A stretch of DNA of 63,701 nt, filler included, from Bigelowiella natans CCMP2755 (GCA_000320545.1; 5 parts of 5 records of this genome joined end to end with filler, not necessarily neighbours in it); one strand, 5' to 3'. Positions 39,908 through 53,250 are shown, counted from the whole stretch's first letter. Translations and numbers: made by a program. Notes: generated by a model not told the origin, from the sequence alone.

Positions 39908-40906
39908 TCATTCTGGATTCTTCTCCAACATTTTTGAGTAATGATCGAGGAAATGCGCGAAACGATTGACAGCGATGATCATCTGGATTGTTTTTCGCAG
40001 TTTTCGTCGAGCCTGTAACTTACGCAAACGAATTCCATGCGCCTTTCCGAACTGTCTGGTGGAGGCCGTTGAGCCGCTGATCCATGGGTGTTCCAGAATT
40101 TGTGGAATGGTGATGCGCTTAGCTGGGTCGACAGTGAGCATCTTTTTAATAATATCTTTGGCGGAATCTGTGATGTCCTCCCAGTATGGATCGGGGAAAT
40201 CGTAGTCTCCCTGCTTGATCTGCTGATAAAGCTTCTGGGTCTTCTCGTGGTAAAAAGGCGGGAAACCGCATAGAAGAATGTATAGAATTACGCCCAAACT
40301 CCACACGTCTACAGAATTGTTGTACTTCTGCTTCTTCAAAACTTCAGGCGCGACATAGCCTGGTGTTCCACAAGCAGTTTCCATCATATTGTCTTGCTTC
40401 GGGCTCTTCAGCTTTGCAAGGCCAAAATCTGTGATTTTGATTACTGAGTTTGCATCCCTGTTAGCATAGATCAGGTTCTCCGGTTTAAGATCTCGATGCA
40501 CGATCCCAATGGAGTGTAAGTACTGAAGTGCCGCAGCGACGCTCTGGATGAGGACCGAAGCCTCTTTTTCGGAGTAGCTGCCCTTCGCCACGATACGGTC
40601 GAAGAGTTCGCCGCCCGAAAGCTTTTCCATAACTAGATACAGCTTTTTATTGGTTTCGAAAATCTCTTCTAACTTGACGCAGTTCTTATGTTTGATCTTA
40701 TCCATAATCTTTACCTCATCGTGTACGATCTGCAATTCCTTCTGACCTAGCTTTGCCTTCTTGATAATCTTGACTGCAAGTTCCTTGCCGTCCTTTTTCC
40801 GAACTGCACGTTTCACAATCGCAAAAGATCCCCTTCCCAATACTTCCTTAGTTGAGTATTTCTTCTCGAAGTCAGTCTTTGTGATTTTCGTCAGCCGATT
40901 CCCCAT
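39908..40906 (-). CDS. Ca2+/calmodulin-dependent protein kinase (CaMKI/IV-like), single coding exon
   Basis: LGRGSFAIV, AVK, HRDLKPEN, DFG, TACGTPGYVAPE, and a CaM-binding-like tail ARRKLRKTIQMIIAVNRF. Starts at MGNRL. Confidence 0.95.
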   Translation of the reverse strand: MGNRLTKITKTDFEKKYSTKEVLGRGSFAIVKRAVRKKDGKELAVKIIKKAKLGQKELQIVHDEVKIMDKIKHKNCVKLEEIFETNKKLYLVMEKLSGGELFDRIVAKGSYSEKEASVLIQSVAAALQYLHSIGIVHRDLKPENLIYANRDANSVIKITDFGLAKLKSPKQDNMMETACGTPGYVAPEVLKKQKYNNSVDVWSLGVILYILLCGFPPFYHEKTQKLYQQIKQGDYDFPDPYWEDITDSAKDIIKKMLTVDPAKRITIPQILEHPWISGSTASTRQFGKAHGIRLRKLQARRKLRKTIQMIIAVNRFAHFLDHYSKMLEKNPE

Positions 40907-42390
40907 CTGCCACGACACGATTCATGTTAATTTGGTTGATTAGTTCAGTGTTTCCATTTTTGGTAGGTTTGTTGACCGGTTAAAGAACGAACATGTTTTA
41001 ATAATTGGCTAAGTTTGGCAAATATGGCATGAAATACAAATCGCCCCCTTTTTCTGAGTCACCCCCATCTGTATTTTTTTCGCCATACGTCGTTGAAATG
41101 AAATAGTTTGTTCCACAAAATGCCTCTTTTCGTCTACGAGCTAGCGAATCGTAATATTGAAACCGAGAATCACGTAGATGGAATAAAGGGATGTTAAAAT
41201 CTCTTAATGGGAAGTGTTGCATCACTTCCTCCCAACGCTGGCGCATGATTGGCTCAAACACAAACACCGCGATTCGCAAAACGAGCTTAATACGGAGGTG
41301 GAAATTTAGACTTTTATACTAGTAAATCTGCATTTAATTTACTTCCTTCACAATAGTAAAGCAGAAACTCGTGATAATCTATATTTTGTACCTTGTATCT
41401 TCCTTATTCCTGCAGTGAAGGGGGCGGAGTGCTGCTGGAGAATTCTTGGTCCTTACTAAGACTGATAGTCATTAACCTAAAATGTGTGTTTCTCAAAATA
41501 TCCTTCTTTTTTAATGGTAATTACAATATTTTTGTTGTCGTATGATCATCGCAGTGAAATATCTAATCTATTTACGCACAATTCTATCGATACGCTCTTA
41601 ACCAAGGAGATTTATCAAAATTAGAGAAAGCACAGTTTCAGCAATATGTTATTCATTGAATATCCAGATTTATCAAATACTAATCACAAATGTTCAATGA
41701 TTTACCTGTTCCTGGTAAAAATTATAAATAAATGTATGGATCATTTTATGTTTTTAGGATCTAAATATCTGAGGGAAATTCAACAAAAAATGCATTCGTG
41801 TTCTAGCGCTCTGGGGAATATTTGAGGACATACGACTCACTCTCATCTCAAAGTCGCATGTCATGTTTATGTTAGTTAATCAATTTACATGTCTATTTTC
41901 ATCATATTCCCTTCTTCATCCTACGAGATGAACCAAAAGGCCTTCTTAATTCATCAATAATCACATCATTATATCTCATTTTCAAGAAGTTGGAAAACAG
42001 CAAATTCAAGGAAATTCTAAGGAGAAAGTGCATCAAGCTTTCCGAAATCCTGATTTTCATTTGTCAGCAAAAACTGCCTGAACTTCGTTCATTTGAGTCA
42101 CTCTCACCTGCAGTACGAAAAAATTGGATGGCCAGTTTCAAACACCCTGCGAATTGCATTGTGAGATCAGTGATTGAGTCTGTCTCTTTTGAGAATTGCT
42201 GATCTTTGAAAGAATTGTTAATTACGTCGCAAATGCAACACTTTAATTTATATGCGACATCAAAAGAAGAAGATAGATATTGCAAAAACGCATAGGATTT
42301 GAGTTAGCGCCTAACCAATTTGTTGTTGTCGTAGGGTACGTATCCAGAACGTTCGTGTTGCATTTGGCTTCAGTGCTTCTATCAATTTCT

Positions 42391-42830
42391 GTTTGGGAAG
42401 GGATAACACCACCTGTCCTGATAACCAGCGAAGAACTGCCCTGCGCGATCTCAGCACTACATCAACGGGTTATTTGAGAATGGATCGTCTGCGACGAGCA
42501 GAACTCGCTCGACTCCGTGCATGCAACAAAAAAAATTCAGGTGAGAAAATGGGGCTCTGCCTAATTATTCATCTGTCTCATTCCTTCCACCTTCCCCCTC
42601 TATGCAGCTGAAGCAAGATTTGAGAGCTTCTCTAAGAGAATGGAATGCAAAGTGACCAACATCATTCAAAGCAAAATGATCGAGAAAGGTACATTTACAT
42701 TTATATATTGTCTGGTTTTGTTTGAAAACTTTTTCTTGCAGATGCAGTAGAGGAGATCACCACATCTCTAAGGACGGAAGTGGCCGATTTCAAGACAGAT
42801 GCGTGGAAATATGAACCTACATATTATTAA
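42391..42830 (+). CDS. Small hypothetical protein (3 or more exons, 5' end uncertain)
   Basis: Frame-consistent exons ...MDRLRRAELARLRACNKKNS|AEARFESFSKRMECK...|DAVEEITTSLRTEVADFKTDAWKYEPTYY*. Confidence 0.5.
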
Positions 42831-43019
42831 CACAGTTAGAACCAGTGACAAACACGCCCTTACATCGCATCGTGTCAAATGTCAAAATAACACTAACAGC
42901 AAGAGGACTTACCAGCTTACTCCAGATCTGCCCACCTTTCTAGCTTCGTCACAATCTCAATCTCTGTCAGCATCATCACATTCCCGAATCGCACCTTAGA
43001 CTTACTACACCTCTATTGC

Positions 43020-44745
43020 ACATGTAGATTTCTGTTGCATTGTTAATCATCGAACATTTGCCATCTATAGCTAGCCATGCCGCTGCACTGTGTCGGTCAG
43101 CATGTATGTGCACGCATAGCATGCGTCGGGTCCAACACCACACATCATGTTCATGAACATGGACGTAAAAGTTTCTAGCCACCGGAGCAGGTTAGAATCA
43201 TGATTGTCTACAAACCTGTCAATGTCATTGACAAGGCGTGGCGGTAAGACTCTAGAACTAGAGAAAAGTTTCACTGCAATGGTCCTTGCTGCCTGAGAAA
43301 CCAATGACGCACCCAAACCGTCGTGAGCTAGTAGTGAGCTGAAGAACCAATTGCAATGACAGCACTTGCCAAGCCGGCGGTCACATCATTGGCAACATTG
43401 CTAGCTAGCTAGATTGCTAGATTGCCACCGTGGACTAGTGGAACGTGCCAGCGTACGCGAGCACATCTTGCCCGCCAAACATGCAACATCGCTAGTGGTA
43501 GCCTGCCAATCTGCTAGCAATCAAGAGCTAGAACACATCGAGGCCAAACCCGGTCACAAATGGGTTTCGCATGTCACATGCAGAGCGCTTCAAGGGCATT
43601 TTTTGCGTGAAATCCGTCCGCAACCGTCACAAAACACTTTCTGAGTCGGCAGAATGTCGAAAAAATGGAAAAATTCAAAATCTCAGCTCAAAAATCTCGA
43701 TTTTTTGAACCCTCACAACGGGCATTGCGGAGAAAATTCTCACATTTTTGGTCACATGTGCAGCCGACGCGCGTGTGCAATGCGAAGCAAGTGAGGACAT
43801 GTTCGTTTGCAATGGAAGTAGCCCCACTAGCCAATGGACAGCCGGAAGCGCGATGCTCAAATGTGAAAATTGATGGGCGATGTGATGCGTTGAAATTTTA
43901 AAATTGGGGCATCACTGCCACGTGTGTGCACAGCCACAGGACACACACGACGTGTCATGAGTGCAGAGGAATTTTGACGCATTGGAGACAATCTAGCAAT
44001 GCGCAGCTGGTTTTCGGTCAAAGAGATTTGTCGTGTGCAAACGCGCGCGCAGAATTTTGATTCAAAAGGCGCGCACAAGTGGCGCGTGGTGCTGCAGAGT
44101 GCGGGGCAGCGCGGGGCAAGGCCAGAAGGGGATCTAGGGATCGAGCAGAAGTCGCACCTCGCGGGGGCTAGCTAGCTAGGGGGGGGGGGGGGATTGCGCG
44201 AATGAAAAAAATTTAACTGTGCCAAAAGTTTCCAAAGGACCTCTGCTAGCTCTGCTTGACATCTAAATCGAGTTTGCGCGAAAAAAATGCGTCAATTTTT
44301 TTTTTTAAATTTTCGTGAAGTTGTGACCGTTTTGGCCTGGATCGGATGTGAAAGGGATCATGCATGTGAGCTTGATCAGCACCACTTGAGTACGTAGGCA
44401 ATGGTTGTTGATCTGTGATCGACAGCTCCGCCTCATTAGCTCCAGAGCCATGCTAGCATGCAGATGCGCAAACGCACAAGCGCATGCGATGATGTGCGCA
44501 CATGTCGATCTGATGTGGCGGTGCAGGTCAATTGTTTTGGGCCAGCTAGCCAGCGTAGGGCTGTCTAGCTGTGCGCTGTGCTGGCGGATCGAAATGATCG
44601 CGCTCTTGCGCTGCAATTGTAGACATAGTACATGATACATGTGTTACACACATAATGTTACATTATCTGTAGCAACATGATCTAGTGATGTACATGTATG
44701 TGCATGCATGCATGTGTGTTGTGCACATGTAACATTATGTTGTTC
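43020..44745. repeat. TpA-depleted, CTAG-rich island containing a MITE
   Basis: Surviving TA mostly in CTAG. TG/CA alternating tracts at 44640-44740. Confidence 0.7.
43541..44338. mobile_element. ~800-bp MITE / non-autonomous TIR element
   Basis: Left end AGGCCAAACCCGGTCACAA versus reverse complement of the right end AGGCCAAAACGGTCACAA. No coding capacity. TSD not recognisable. Confidence 0.72.
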
Positions 44746-44746
44746 A

Positions 44747-45526
44747 TCATTCTAGTAATGCATTCTGCATCACAAGTCTGACTTCTTTGCCGCTTGCCCT
44801 CGACCATTTCGCGAGTTTAGTAGTGGTGACTGTTTTCCCATCCACTGTACTCTTTATCACCCCCGATTTCTTGTCAAGGTCGCAGGTGACCTCTTTCACC
44901 CCTTCAATAATCGATTTTATCCGTTTGATGTTGATGATCACTGCGTGGACTGCTTCCGGAGCTTATCACTATCAAGATCAGCATTGTAGAATTCGTCCAC
45001 ACTCGCGGAGGGCTGTACACGCAACACGAGGTAAAAAATTATTTACACACACACAGACTTCCCTACAAGGCAAAGACGAAATACTTTACTTTATAATCCA
45101 AACATACATTAAAATATGAAACCATTTTATACGTTATTTTGTATGTACACGTGCATGAGTGCGTGCGTGTGTGCAGCGCGTGCGAGAAAGAGGTACTAGA
45201 GATAGAATCAGGGGGTAAGGGGGGGAGAAAAAGACAGACAACACGAGAGAGGGAGGGAGGGAGAGAGAGAGAGAGAGAGAGAGAGAAGTGCATTAAACGT
45301 TAATAGTTTGTTTCTTTAGACCTCTACCAACATTCTACTATCGAGCAAACCTTGCTAAGGATATATCGTAAGACAGTCATCGAGTCCATGCGGATAGACT
45401 GAATTTGGTATGGCATCAAAGTGTGTACACATACAATCCAAACGAGCGGCTGGGCATGCACACATGGGCACACATATAACGAATAAACGTGTAAAGGATA
45501 CGTGCGAATGCAGGCTAAACATGCCT

Positions 45527-45568
<42 letters not shown>

Positions 45569-45875
45569 GTGCCATGTCTCTCTCACACTTTATTTTCCTC
45601 TCCAAACGCGTGTTAAACATCGAGACGGCGCATTATCGAACGACCTGCAACTTCTTCAGCATCAGCACAGCTTTCTCTCTCTCGTCGTCTTTGTCTTCAA
45701 TGTCTTATATATTCAAACGTATAAAAAGTGAGCCATACTCGGAGGTGTGTTTTTCTGTCACAACACAACGACAAACAATACCGATTTGCTTTGCGTCCTC
45801 TTGATCCAGAACTGTGGTGTAGCCCAATGCCTTTGAAGAGCGATAGCAAACATATAACAATACACACATGCTCAC

Positions 45876-45915
<40 letters not shown>

Positions 45916-46970
45916 CACGCACACCCTAAAAAATACTAAAATATATTTAAACTGAAAACATCTGGTAAGGGGTTCAAGTAAAGCTGGGTGGATTTTTGGT
46001 CTGATCCATCTCTCTTCGCTTCTACTTGGAGATTGGCACTCAGCCCGAGCTGCGTCGCCAAATCCGTCATTGTTGCTGTAAGGACGCCCATGAACTCCCC
46101 AGGTCTAAACATCATCGCATATTGTATAATTTACGGGGTCTAGTCTATATTGTAGTCCTTATTCTTTGCGAGTGTGTGCGTGTGCGCGCGCGCATAAATG
46201 CATATTATACGAATGAACACAAAAGACACAAAGACTTTAAAGCAGAATGAAAGGCTGCGACGCCGAAATAACTAATATTCCGATCAAGATGGATGTCATC
46301 AGCATCATCATATATTTGTGTACACAATCCGTGCTGGAAGCGACCATCATTATGTAGGACCATACGCACCGAATTTCGTCGATTTTTGTTTCTTGCATAT
46401 CGTCATTCTTGAGCGTTGCTGTGGCCTACCGAAAAACACAATTATGCAGCGCATGAAAACGGAACTTTGCGGCGTACAATGCACATGTTGAGACAGAATT
46501 GTATATGAAAATACATACATATATACATATATGCACATACATAAATGTATTATATGTGCGGATACTACTATGGGCATTGGCTCTAATATGGCACTGGCTC
46601 GCGAGCGTGAGCGCGTTCTTATTGCAACCTGCTCTTTCTCTCGAAAGGTCATGTAGAGAAACCGTTGCGTCTCCCTCTCATCTGCAAGCTGAACAGAATG
46701 ATGGGAACATATTCAGCCACTCACGCATAATTGCAATCGCACGCGCACTCGCTCCTAACCATGAGATCTCACAACCGCACACCGCCGTCCGCCTTGTGCA
46801 TGTCCTTCATACGAACACTTACTTTGCACAATGCTTACGGTTTTTTACCTGAGTAACTGTGCTCAGGAAGGAAGAGACCTTGTCGGGGAAGCTCCCACGC
46901 GTTTTGGATATGTAGTGAGCAAGGCCAGGGCTGAGAAAGGAGGACATTCCACACAAAATTATAAATTAAT

Positions 46971-47012
<42 letters not shown>

Positions 47013-47332
47013 TGTATATATGATACACATATATACATGATACACATATATACATGTATACATTTGATAACGCGAAGCTGTGTAAGTTACAATCGACCCG
47101 ACCTCTCTGCATTTCTCGTCAGAGCTTGGGCGCCGTCTAGGTCAAGAATCTATTAAACACGCACGCACGCACACACACACACACACACACACACAAGGGG
47201 ATAACCATCATAGCAACCCAGATTTTCCCCACGTTTCTTTCTCCGTTGAGACATATTCGTTCCTGCGCGGCGCGCGCATGCTCTGCTTTTGATCTTTGGG
47301 CGCTGCTATACCTTCTCACGGAGCATGACCAT
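44747..47332 (-). CDS. Hypothetical multi-exon protein with C-terminal HMA/ATX1-fold-like segment
   Basis: Last exon IEGVKEVTCDLDKKSGVIKSTVDG...LAKWSRASGKEVRLV resembles copper-chaperone domains, but no CxxC is seen. Upstream exon structure is uncertain. Confidence 0.4.
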
Positions 47333-47491
47333 TTTGATGAGAAATCGGAAGTCTGGAATAATGGCTACACCCTACCAAAGTGTACGGAGCGAATGCAAGT
47401 GAGACGTTAGCATGAAATGTTAAAATGGTTATGTGAGATCGCGTGCGGTGCAGGAAATGTGTATGAGTCGCGTACTAGTATAAGAATTTGA

Positions 47492-47525
<34 letters not shown>

Positions 47526-47529
<4 letters not shown>

Positions 47530-47727
47530 ACATATTATATTTATGATGTTTATGATATGGGGGTTGTATTTTTCTTTTTGGTGTCGGCATCGTATGCGTG
47601 GATCGGTACCTCTAAATCGTCGATGATTTGTGTCGTTGCAAGATATAACTCCTCGGCTGTACACCGCTACAATATATCAACACATCCCATGGTATCTATC
47701 GACGTAATGTTGCTCATGATTCGAATG

Positions 47728-47772
<45 letters not shown>

Positions 47773-47982
47773 TGTATATGCCCCCCTCGCCTCATGAGCA
47801 ACATTACGTCGATAGATACCATGGGATGTGTTGATATATTGTAGCGGTGTAGAGCCGAGGAGTTATATCTTGCAACGACACAAATCATCGACGATTTAGA
47901 GGTACCGATCCACGCATACGATGCCGACACCAAAAAGAAAAATACAACCCCCCATATCATAAACATCATAAATATAATATGT

Positions 47983-47986
<4 letters not shown>
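47526..47986. repeat. Near-perfect inverted repeat with ~195-bp arms and a 72-bp (TA)n-containing loop
   Basis: 47526-47719 versus 47792-47986 differ by 1 substitution and 1 homopolymer indel. Flanked by (TA)n on both sides. Confidence 0.95.
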
Positions 47987-48043
<57 letters not shown>

Positions 48044-48146
48044 ACCCCCACCCCCGCCCCCCGCCATACGACTTTCTTTACACACTATTCTCTATATTGC
48101 ATAGCTTCTATCATCAGCATCATTCAGAGGAGCGGTACTACTATTC

Positions 48147-48177
<31 letters not shown>

Positions 48178-48316
48178 CGGCACAACATCCGTACGCCTTA
48201 GCAAACTATTTGGAGACGAATCTAGACGATATCCGCATCGAGCAAAGGAGTATTCAGCAGACAGTAGACGCTCCCTCCATCCCCCCCCACACACTTTCAG
48301 ATACACACACAAACAA

Positions 48317-48357
<41 letters not shown>

Positions 48358-48559
48358 GAGGGAATCGCATTTATGCACATATCACAAATGCAGCCAGACC
48401 TTCAATTGAACCCTCTGATGTCTCACTCTCACCTAAGGCGAATAAACACCAAAGTTAGTCAATCCTCAATGTATTCCCCGCCCCTCCCCCGCTCCCCTTC
48501 ACTCGTATACTTAAACCAAAAACACGATTTTGTTTGTTCTCAAAAACCGTTCAGAACAA

Positions 48560-49261
48560 GGAGTTTATCAACCCATCGTGTTGCGGTTGACGTCCATTGA
48601 GCTCAATTCGATGTCCCTCTCTATATCCTTCCTTATCTCCTCGACGCTCTTGGCCTTGGTTCCTTCGCCGTCCGCCCCCCCACTTACACGGCTGCTGCTA
48701 TCCGTTGGAGCTGTGCCCTAGGAAGGGGGGCAGACGACCGTGTGCTTGTTAGGACGGCAAGATACTCAATGCACACAGAGGAAAATGTGCAAAACATGCA
48801 GCAGCCCCTCTCCCTCCCCGCCTCTTAAAAAAAAAAAAGAGGCAGTTTATTTTCTACGGGGCCTTTTCGCCGCGGAGAATTGTTTCAATGTGACCAGCGT
48901 TACGATGATGTAGCACCTTAGCGATGATTCCCTCAGATTTCGCAAAGAGCTCTGCGTCGACACCGAGAGCCTCTGCCAAGAGCTGCGACCATTCGTCCTC
49001 GTCGGAGATCTCCGAGAGTCTCTGAATCAACTGAAAGTGCCCCGGAAGCCTCTCTGTGATCTGCCAAATGGCGAGCGTGCGCACGCACGCAAAGTTTTAT
49101 TCATTTGACGATTCGATCTTCAAAAAGAGTGATATTCACGGTGAATCCCCCTTGTGTGGGATATCCGAGTCAATGACCCGATTTATGTGCATTTTCAGGC
49201 TAATATCAATACTTTACAAGAGCCAGAGAATGCAATTTACCACAGAATAATAAATGCCATA

Positions 49262-49316
<55 letters not shown>

Positions 49317-49697
49317 CATATATATTTATTTATATATTTATATTGCACGACAACAATTTACCTGCACGAGGACTTCCTCTCGAATGGCGGATAAGACAAG
49401 AGAAACCGTTTGATCTACTGTTGTTTGCCGAATCTGCACGCGCCAGGTGTTAATCAAATGAATGAATACATGATTAAATAAATAAACAACTAACACACAC
49501 ACACACACAGACACGCACACACAAACACGCAGCTGTTACGATGACAGTGTGCGACACATCGAAACAACTCGCTTCTGACCTGCCAGATATACGTGTTGAG
49601 CACCTAGCAACATAATGCAAATAACGCCAATTTCATCATGGAATGAGAATTTGCAGAGGAAAACCGAACGATCAGGAGTAAAACACATGTACATTAG

Positions 49698-49765
<68 letters not shown>

Positions 49766-49887
49766 TCGCGCACCGCAAGGAAGTATTCGTCCAACGCCTC
49801 GAGCCTTTCAGAGACGACATTGGACACGATGTCATCTATAGACGCATCTCCTTTTGCTGTGCATTTACACATCATCCGTGTGAATTC

Positions 49888-49935
<48 letters not shown>

Positions 49936-50545
49936 TTCCGCTCGCGCTCTCGTGAGCGGGGTCATTTAGAAATCCCCCAAATTCAATTTCATTGAAAGCG
50001 GGGACTCACAAAATGTGCTGTGTCGTGTGCCTACTATACTATATGAGTGGATCACCGATTCCAAGTTCATCCAGATCTTTGCTGTGGGGGTAGGCAAACC
50101 AAACACAATAATGCATCCAACATTAGCAAACGTTTTGAATCTGCATGCGCGCACAGATTCAACGAATCATCATGGGCACGGGAGCAAATGTCCCCTCTTC
50201 AATTCACGACCCATTATGAATGCCTTCTCACCATTGTAGCTGACGTTTCTCAATCGCTATTTATAACTCAAATGCTTTTCGCTACGACAATCGCAGCAAT
50301 GTACCCGTCCATAAGAGCTTGGATGATATCGTCATTTGAAGGGGACATGCTCATATTGAACAACCCTAAGGATAAAAGAGTGGCCGTTTGATGCGATTCT
50401 GAATATACCATGTGACAATGTACGATGCACTACCGATCGACTTCATCCCATTGACCACTTCTTCGTACTATGTATATTAAAAGAGAGTGTTATAATCAAA
50501 AACATCGTTTGCCGATAACATCTTTGGAGGTACACACACATACAC

Positions 50546-50632
<87 letters not shown>

Positions 50633-50780
50633 TTCGAAACATATGAAACTACCATTTCTGTAATCATTATCGTCGCCTCTTCTGTTCGTTTCTCTATGTT
50701 TTCGCTGTCTCGCTTTCCCATTCCCCCCGATCCGCTCAATGGACCACGAGGTGAGTCCGCACTACCACATATAGACACAA
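48560..50780 (-). CDS. Hypothetical multi-exon protein
   Basis: Exon-like blocks ITERLPGHFQLIQRLSEISDEDEWSQLL..., DASIDDIVSNVVSERLEALDEYF, DDIIQALMDGYIAAIVV. Confidence 0.45.
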
Positions 50781-50967
50781 ACACGGTTTATATTTATCAG
50801 CTAATCTTTATAGCTTTTCCCATGCTATGTGAGAAGCAATCGCAACAACATCCTTGCAAATATCTTTTATCTCTACCTACCTAACTGATGGACTTACCGC
50901 TCATCGCTTAGAGCGCCTACTCCCCACAACCGACGGCTGCCCCACCTCCGTCGCTGATCTTGGAGCA

Positions 50968-52860
50968 ATGTCCGACGATATCTCGTCGATTCTAGCCGGC
51001 TTGGAAGGAGGGAAAATCTGCTTTGAGGATGGGGTACCTACATCCATCAACACCACTATCAGCACAATGCCGAATCGAGAGATTAACAACAATACGTCAT
51101 ACTTTCAAGTTCGCTCTGCCGCAGTTAGGGTGAGACTCTCTTCGAATATTTCCCAAGATCGGAGAACCACGCGGACCCCAAATGCGGGTGCTCGGAAGAA
51201 GCAGCCAGGGGAGGGCCGCCAGAGCAAGCATCCCAACGGCGGAAGGCATTTTAGAATGATGCTGCGACAGTAAAAGTTGAATGACTTTACCAATAAATCT
51301 CCTATATTTATTCTACTGATCATCGTTACTGATCGCGTATGGACCGAATTTTGTGCGAAAAACATCCTGCAAGGCCACAGCGTGCAGGTCGGAAAGTCGT
51401 TATTGTTTGATTTCGTCCTCCGAAAATTGGGTCAGAATTAGTACGAAGAACATCGTATAAACTCCTGGACGTCGTTCGAATCCTGCAGTTCCTCATTTTC
51501 CTTCCGATTTCCGAGTGCGCCTTGGCCTGAACCAGTCGGAAATATCTGGGAAGACGATAAGAAATCTCAAGCTTGTCCAAACGTCGAGAAATGCCATACA
51601 TTTTAAGGTAAAAACTGATTGAGTCGATGACGTCGAAGAAATATGTGCTTTATTTTCAAATTTCCTCGAGATTCCAAATATCTTGGAACTACGGCGACAA
51701 ACGCAAATCGCCCCCCCCCCCCCCCCATCGTCCATCTTTATTTCGCCTTGGTGAGTTCTTGGCATGCAAGCTTCAAATAATTTGAATGATTATAACAATT
51801 TAATTGCTCACTCTTTGCTTTCCAATGGCCATATGGAAGTTTACATAAGGTATCAACTGGAATAACGAAGAGGGAGAGGGAGAGATAAGGCAAACGCGTT
51901 TGAAACCTCGATTGCCCGGCAACGATGGGGATAAGCTCATCAAGTCTCGGAAATGTCGGATTAGAGGATTTCAGAGATGAGAAACTGGTGAAAGTTGCTC
52001 TTGGAGATGGATTATATGATGAAAGGTTTGGCTATCGCTGATTCCATGTTCGTGCAGAGTTTCGAACTGAACATATCAGGCCACGAATTTACTTTTGTAA
52101 TTCGCAGCCTTCTCAATGAAATCTGCTTCTTAACAAAGTTCGTCGCTCCCGAGCAGGTACGCTGTGTACTGCATGCTATCGTTGCGTACGAACGAAAAAT
52201 AGTCAAGTTACTGCCGAATGAAGATGTGCGAAAGAGACAGCAATAATACGGGAAAGTTCCTTTCCTCCTCGTTGTAGCACAAAATACGCTCGATCGATTT
52301 TTTTGTTGTACCATTCTCCAATGATCCCCATTTCACCACTTCACCAGAGTCGTCCGACGTCCAATAGGACCCATTTTGTTCTATGATAAGAGCGGATTCA
52401 ATTACTTCACTCCGTCTCTACGTGCGTCTTTGTTAAAACTTCTACTCACTCTTATCCGGGGGCTGGGGGGGGGATGATATTGTAGGAGCAGAAAGTTGCG
52501 GTGGATTATCCAGGCTCGATATTTGGCTCTGAAGCTATAGAAGATGGGGTCAGTCGCTCGCTCAACTTACTTAGCATCTCATGTTTACTCTTTTTTGCAG
52601 AAATTAGAGCCGAATATGACTTTTTGTTTGTCTTTAGGAAAACCAAATATTGGACCGAAGAAGTAGGCTGATCGTTTCCCCCTTCCCCTTTTCTCCCCCC
52701 CCGCCCCTTCTCCTCGCTCTCTATCTCTCCCCTTTTCCTTCTGCATCTGAGTTCGTACGAAATTCGAGCGAGAGCTAGTGATACTAGATTAAATTCGATT
52801 GTTTACTCAAAAGTTTAATAACCGTTTTAGGCTGCGCTGCTTTGATGGAGGACATAACAC
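50968..52860 (+). CDS. Hypothetical protein (fragmentary exons)
   Basis: MSDDISSILAGLEGGKICFEDG and later EQKVAVDYPGSIFGSEAIEDG exons with GT-AG borders. Confidence 0.3.
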
Positions 52861-53250
52861 ATCTAGCAGGTACTACTGGCTTTCACTTTGAGAGATTGGG
52901 TATAGCGCATATTTTTTGTTGGGAGGAATAATCCTTCACAGGTGTATCTTTCGCAAGGAATAATCAATACATGAAAGCTTTCTTGGAACTCATCATCAAG
53001 GGCACTGAGTTGCTCGCAATATCCATCAGACTCTGATTCGACAACTATGGCGTTTCGGATATGGCTTCTCAAGCAACAGCATGTAAGCGATAAAACGCTC
53101 TTCCAATTTTCTTGGGCCGACTGAAATACCATTCGGTTTTGGCCATACGATTCATTCTATGCGGCATGCAGAGCTATAGGCGCGGATACTGAGAATCTTT
53201 CTACGATGAACAACAAGCTCTTGGGTATAGGATGCGCTCTCCAATCCACT

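Noticed and set aside
42740-42830. DAWKYEP tail resembling the APC16 C-terminus
   Set aside because: Only a few residues of similarity, which cannot support a gene symbol.
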